Assembly (NCBI GenBank): GCA_019358935.1
Contig: JAHHIK010000119.1
Location: forward strand, 1-25,061
Reading direction: 5' to 3'
DNA: 25,061 bases
Source of the DNA: Tolypothrix carrinoi HA7290-LM1
GTDB taxonomy: Bacteria; Cyanobacteriota; Cyanobacteriia; Cyanobacteriales; Nostocaceae
A program made the translations under genes and the position numbers. Every line of letters starts with the position of its first letter. Position 1 is the first letter of the stretch. Below the pieces are notes generated by a model. The model was not told the origin of the DNA and did not search any database. It worked only from the letters and a program-made list of their open reading frames with translations. Positions 21,087 through 25,061 of the stretch are shown in pieces.

Positions 21087-22748
21087 ATGCTCGATCAAAA
21101 CCAAACACCTTTATTAGATGCCTTAAAAGCTAATGCAGTGCGTCCTCACGCGGCTTTTTACACGCCGGGACACAAGCGAGGACAAGGAATTTCACCACGT
21201 TTAACTGATTTGCTGGGTGAAGCTGTTTTTCGCGCTGATTTAACTGAGTTATCAGAGTTAGATAATTTGTTTGCACCCCAAGGAGTGATTCAACAAGCGC
21301 AACAATTAGCGGCTGAGGCTTTTGGTGCAACACAAACATACTTTCTTGTCAATGGCTCTACGTGTGGAATTGAGGCGGCAATTCTGGCGACTTGTGGCAT
21401 GGGCGATAAAATTATTTTACCGCGAAATGTGCATTCTTCTGTGGTAGCAGGTTTAATTCTCTCTGGGGCTATACCGATTTTTGTTAATCCTGAATATGAC
21501 CCAATTTTAGATATTGCTCATAGTATCACGCCTGCATCTGTGCAAGCAGCATTGAAACAGCATCCGGATGCGAAAGCGGTGATGATAATTTATCCTACAT
21601 ATTACGGCGTATGTGGAGATGTGGAGGCGATCGCTTCCCTCGTCCACCAATACAATATCCCTTTACTGGTAGACGAAGCACACGGCGCACACTTCGCATT
21701 TCATCCCCAATTGCCGATCCCAGCTTTAGCCGCAGGTGCAGATTTTAGCGTACAATCGATCCATAAAACACTTGGGGCGATGACTCAAGCATCGATGTTG
21801 CATATTCGAGGGAATAGGGTAGATAGCGATCGCCTAAATAAAGCTTTGCAATTAGTACAATCCACCAGTCCTAGTTACATACTTCTTGCTTCCCTAGATG
21901 CAGCACGTCAGCAAATGGCTTTGCATGGCTTTGAGTTAATGTCTCGCACCTTACAACTTGCGGATGAAGCCAGAACTAGAATCAGCCAAATTCCCGGATT
22001 ATCAGTTTTGGAAATCTCCCCTAGTTTTACAAACCTAACCCCCCCTAACCCCCCTTCCCTACTAGGGAAGGGGGGAATTCTTAGCCCCTCCCCTACGAGG
22101 GGAGGGGTTGGGGAGAGGTTTGCTTTTAGCTCTACAAACCTAACCCCCCCTAACCCCCCTTCCCTACTAGGGAAGGGGGGAATTCTTAGCCCCTCCCCTA
22201 CGAGGGGAGGGGTTGGGGAGAGGTTTGCTTTAGACAAAACTCGCTTAACTGTGACTGTTTCCGGTTTGGGTTTAACCGGGTTTGAAGCTGAGGAAATTCT
22301 TGATGAACTAGGCGTGACAGCAGAATTTGCAACGTTGCAACATCTCACCTTTATTATTAGCTTGGGTAACACTGCAAAGGATATTGAGCAATTGGTGCAA
22401 GGTTTCATCACTCTTGCCAATCACCGCATCAAAAAAGAGAAAAATGACTTGAAATTATCCAAGCTTGTATGGGATGATTTGATTACTGTGGGTAATTCTG
22501 TGCGTATGTCGCCTAGAGAAGCTTTTTTTGCTGAAAGTGAAACATTACCCATCCAAGAAACTACAGAAAGGATTTGTGCTGAAATTGTCTGTCCTTATCC
22601 TCCGGGAATTCCTGTGTTAATGCCGGGAGAAGTCATTAGCCAAACAGATGTAGAATATTTGCAACAGATTCAGTTAATAGGTGGATTTATCAGCGGTTGT
22701 GCGGATGCTAGCCTAAATACACTTAAGGTTGTCAAGACTAAACTTTAG
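21087..22748 (+). CDS. Orn/Lys/Arg decarboxylase-family PLP enzyme with an in-frame repeat insertion
   Basis: TPGHK.G, FLVNGST.G, RNVH.S, PTYYG, VDEAHGAH, QSIHKT (PLP lysine), STSPSY and PYPPGIP. Confidence 0.92.
   Translation: MLDQNQTPLLDALKANAVRPHAAFYTPGHKRGQGISPRLTDLLGEAVFRADLTELSELDNLFAPQGVIQQAQQLAAEAFGATQTYFLVNGSTCGIEAAILATCGMGDKIILPRNVHSSVVAGLILSGAIPIFVNPEYDPILDIAHSITPASVQAALKQHPDAKAVMIIYPTYYGVCGDVEAIASLVHQYNIPLLVDEAHGAHFAFHPQLPIPALAAGADFSVQSIHKTLGAMTQASMLHIRGNRVDSDRLNKALQLVQSTSPSYILLASLDAARQQMALHGFELMSRTLQLADEARTRISQIPGLSVLEISPSFTNLTPPNPPSLLGKGGILSPSPTRGGVGERFAFSSTNLTPPNPPSLLGKGGILSPSPTRGGVGERFALDKTRLTVTVSGLGLTGFEAEEILDELGVTAEFATLQHLTFIISLGNTAKDIEQLVQGFITLANHRIKKEKNDLKLSKLVWDDLITVGNSVRMSPREAFFAESETLPIQETTERICAEIVCPYPPGIPVLMPGEVISQTDVEYLQQIQLIGGFISGCADASLNTLKVVKTKL
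22028..22231 (+). repeat. Two identical 99-bp palindromic elements, 105-bp period, inside the decarboxylase gene
   Basis: 22028-22126 equals 22133-22231; each has CCCCCCTTCCCTA/TAGGGAAGGGGGG and CCCCTCCCCT/AGGGGAGGGG hairpins. Confidence 0.93.
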
Positions 22749-22787
22749 TCAATTTCAACTACGCTTAAGTCTAAATCTATTGGGGGC

Positions 22788-22882
22788 AGATAACGGCTAA
22801 ATTCAGCGATGCCGCCGAATCAAAAAACCAGACTAAGGTTAAGCCGCTTATTTGAGGGCATTGGCTGCAAGCAGTGCTAGAC
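22788..22882 (-). other. attC-like integron cassette recombination site
   Basis: Minus strand: GTCTAGC-ACTGC-TTGCAGC-CAATGCC...GGCATC-GCTGAA-TTTAGCC-GTTATCT, overlapping the stop codon of the upstream gene. Confidence 0.7.
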
Positions 22883-23668
22883 CGCGTTATCATATCTCGA
22901 TAGCCGAGAATTTACTCCCCACTTATGGTAGTTGATATTGTCCTCAAGGATGTCAATTGCTTCTCCACATAATCTTGTTGCATTTTCTCTATCTGATATC
23001 TTAAATTTTTCTTGAACTTCATTGATCACTGAGTTTGCTATTTTTTCAAGTATCTCTAAGTCCTGGTTATAGCTTTTAAGAAAATCGGCTACATCTATAA
23101 TTGTTTTTAGATCCTGCACAACATCCTCAAAACGATTCTTGTAACTATCTGGAACTCTAAATTTAATATTCGCTTTCAGCAAATCTGTAAAGATAAACTT
23201 ATCTAAGTCATCTACATCCTTCTCAATATAATTGAGTACATTGAGTCCCCAAAAATCGTTAATTACTGGATCAATTACTTCAAATATAAATTTTGTAGTT
23301 TCTTGCTTTAAGTTGTAGCCACCAGGAATTCTAAGATGCTGAATATGATTTCGTAATTCTCCAAAACTATCATATAGTTCTTTATTTATAATATTATAGG
23401 CGATTGTTTCTAAGAGTCTTTCTGGAAGTTTGCTGTAACCGATAGTCCGTGAATCTGATTTTGGTACATAAATCTTTTCAGGATCTTCCTCAGCAATCCG
23501 AGCCTTTATGAAAAGTTCAGCTGCCTGAGCAGCTTGTAGCACACAAAGGTAATGCCAGGAACGCACATCTTCTGCATAGAAGGAAAAAGTTAGTCGCAGC
23601 GTGTTTTTCAAGACGGCAAAACCTAGCTCTTTTGCCTGTTCAGCTACCTCATGTCGTTGTATGTCCAT
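22877..23668 (-). CDS. HEPN-like protein
   Basis: QAAELFIKA helix plus an RNHIQH (Rx4H) motif; AT-rich; GAGG ribosome-binding site. Confidence 0.6.
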   Translation of the reverse strand: MDIQRHEVAEQAKELGFAVLKNTLRLTFSFYAEDVRSWHYLCVLQAAQAAELFIKARIAEEDPEKIYVPKSDSRTIGYSKLPERLLETIAYNIINKELYDSFGELRNHIQHLRIPGGYNLKQETTKFIFEVIDPVINDFWGLNVLNYIEKDVDDLDKFIFTDLLKANIKFRVPDSYKNRFEDVVQDLKTIIDVADFLKSYNQDLEILEKIANSVINEVQEKFKISDRENATRLCGEAIDILEDNINYHKWGVNSRLSRYDNAV

Positions 23669-23819
23669 TACTTACCTCAGCTATTACAAACTCTATAGCA
23701 ACGACTTAAGCTTGATTATCTCACCAAAAACTTGGAATATGATTCCGTATGTCCTACGAACACGCTTTCAGCGAACGGGAAAAGCTTCGTCTAAAGCTTC
23801 ACGCATCCAATTCCATAAC

Positions 23820-24872
23820 TTACTGTGCGATCGCGATTCTCTTTTCTTCGATAACTTCATAACCATTAGCCAATTGCTCAATTGCGCGATCGAGCAAATC
23901 TAGACCGTGCTGCACTTTGTTAACTACACTCAACTGTCCGCGTAAATCAGCAGCACCGGCGAAGTTTTTAGCATACCATGTCATATGCTTGCGTGCTTGA
24001 CGCACACCGCGATCGCCTTTATATTCATACAACGCTTGTAAATGTTCCCTAGCACATTCCAAACGCTGAATTGGTGTTGGTGTCGGTAATAATTCCCCCG
24101 TTTTCAGAAAGCGATCGACTTCTCCCACCAAAAACGGATAACCCAAAGTTCCCCGCGAACACATTACCCCATCAGCACCGGTTTGCTCTAAGCAACGTAC
24201 CGCAGCTTCCACCGAGAAAATATCGCCATTGCCAATCACGGGTATAGAAAGCACCTCTTTCACACGCGCAATCCATTCCCAGCGAGCGTTACCATTGTAA
24301 CCTTGAGCGCGGGTGCGTCCATGCACCGTAATCATTTGCGCTCCTGCGTCCTCCATCCGTTTGGCAAAATCGAGAATCGTGATTTCCTGGTCATTCCAGC
24401 CGATGCGTGTTTTCACTGTCACAGGTACATTTACTGCCTTCACCACTTCCCGGACAATTGCCTCAGCTACATCTGGCTGACGCAACAGTGAAGAACCACC
24501 ACCATTCTTAGTAATTTTATTTACCGGACAACCCATGTTGATATCAACAGTATCAGCGCCTTCTTGTACCGCTTTTATCGCCGCTTCTGCGAGAAAATCC
24601 GGACGACAGTCAAAAAGTTGAATGCTGATTGGGCGTTCGTTCGGGTCTACCTCCATGATTTTCGGCAATTGCTTGACATAGTGCAACCCCGTAGCATTCA
24701 CCATCTCCGTGTACATCATCGATTCTGGCGCATAACGACGCACCAAACGGCGAAACACCAAATCAGTCACCCCAGACAAAGGCGACTGCAAAACGCGGCT
24801 TTTCACCTCAAGGGAGCCAATTTTTAGGGGTGTCGAAAGTCTAGCTTGGAGTTCGGGAGATAGCATAAACAA
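23820..24872 (-). CDS. dusB: tRNA-dihydrouridine synthase (start may be ATG at 24866)
   Basis: PLSGVTD..FR, YTEMV, DINMGCP..K, VTVKTR.GW, TVHGRTR.Q.Y, NGDI and RKH..WY. Confidence 0.95.
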   Translation of the reverse strand: MFMLSPELQARLSTPLKIGSLEVKSRVLQSPLSGVTDLVFRRLVRRYAPESMMYTEMVNATGLHYVKQLPKIMEVDPNERPISIQLFDCRPDFLAEAAIKAVQEGADTVDINMGCPVNKITKNGGGSSLLRQPDVAEAIVREVVKAVNVPVTVKTRIGWNDQEITILDFAKRMEDAGAQMITVHGRTRAQGYNGNARWEWIARVKEVLSIPVIGNGDIFSVEAAVRCLEQTGADGVMCSRGTLGYPFLVGEVDRFLKTGELLPTPTPIQRLECAREHLQALYEYKGDRGVRQARKHMTWYAKNFAGAADLRGQLSVVNKVQHGLDLLDRAIEQLANGYEVIEEKRIAIAQ

Positions 24873-24936
24873 TTCTTAATTTCAAAAGGTAAATATTTAA
24901 CTGTATTTATCTATTGTTGTAGCTTAGAGATATTAA

Positions 24937-25061
24937 TTGAGCCACTCCGCGACCTAAAGGTACGCGGATTCAGGCAGGGATAGTTCTAACTTTTCGCTCT
25001 TTATCGCTATCTGGTTAGACTTTGTGCCTTCGCTGGAGACTCGCTCTAAGGGTGAATCAGA
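24937..25061 (-). mobile_element. Right end of an IS200/IS605-family element (continues beyond the window)
   Basis: The minus strand reads GAATCCGCGTACCTTTAGGTCGCGGAGTGGCTCAA: a subterminal hairpin followed by TCAA. Confidence 0.7.

Noticed and set aside
20819..21133. Collagen-like (GDK)n / PITHY ORF
   Set aside because: It is a translation of intergenic STRR repeats and overlaps the decarboxylase start.

Overview
Cyanobacterial chromosomal DNA, probably a filamentous Nostocales-type strain (frequent HIP1 GCGATCGC, heptamer STRR repeats). The left ~9.6 kb is a decaying accessory island. It holds the 3' remnant of a tyrosine integrase and a tightly packed + strand run of small virus-like genes, led by an 872-aa protein with 127 uninterrupted Pro-Thr dipeptides and ending in two membrane proteins. 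Next come a GT60-type polypeptide GlcNAc-transferase split by a 196-bp IS200/IS605-like MITE, and a 50-codon cas4(-cas1) stub joined by an apparent deletion to a leaderless 7-repeat type I-B/MYXAN-like CRISPR array, which ends at an internally deleted IS982. The rest is mostly host genes: DUF3611, a PD-(D/E)XK-like protein, pilT, a KaiB-domain protein, mlaE, ychF, a PLP decarboxylase and dusB. These are interspersed with an IS607 (frameshifted tnpA, intact tnpB), a second MITE, palindromic and REP repeats, a HEPN-like gene followed by an attC-like site, and an IS605-type right end at the window edge. The best candidate for an undescribed system is the virus-like element pairing a mucin-like (PT)127 protein with its own O-GlcNAc transferase. 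All family calls come from motif recognition; no database search was run.
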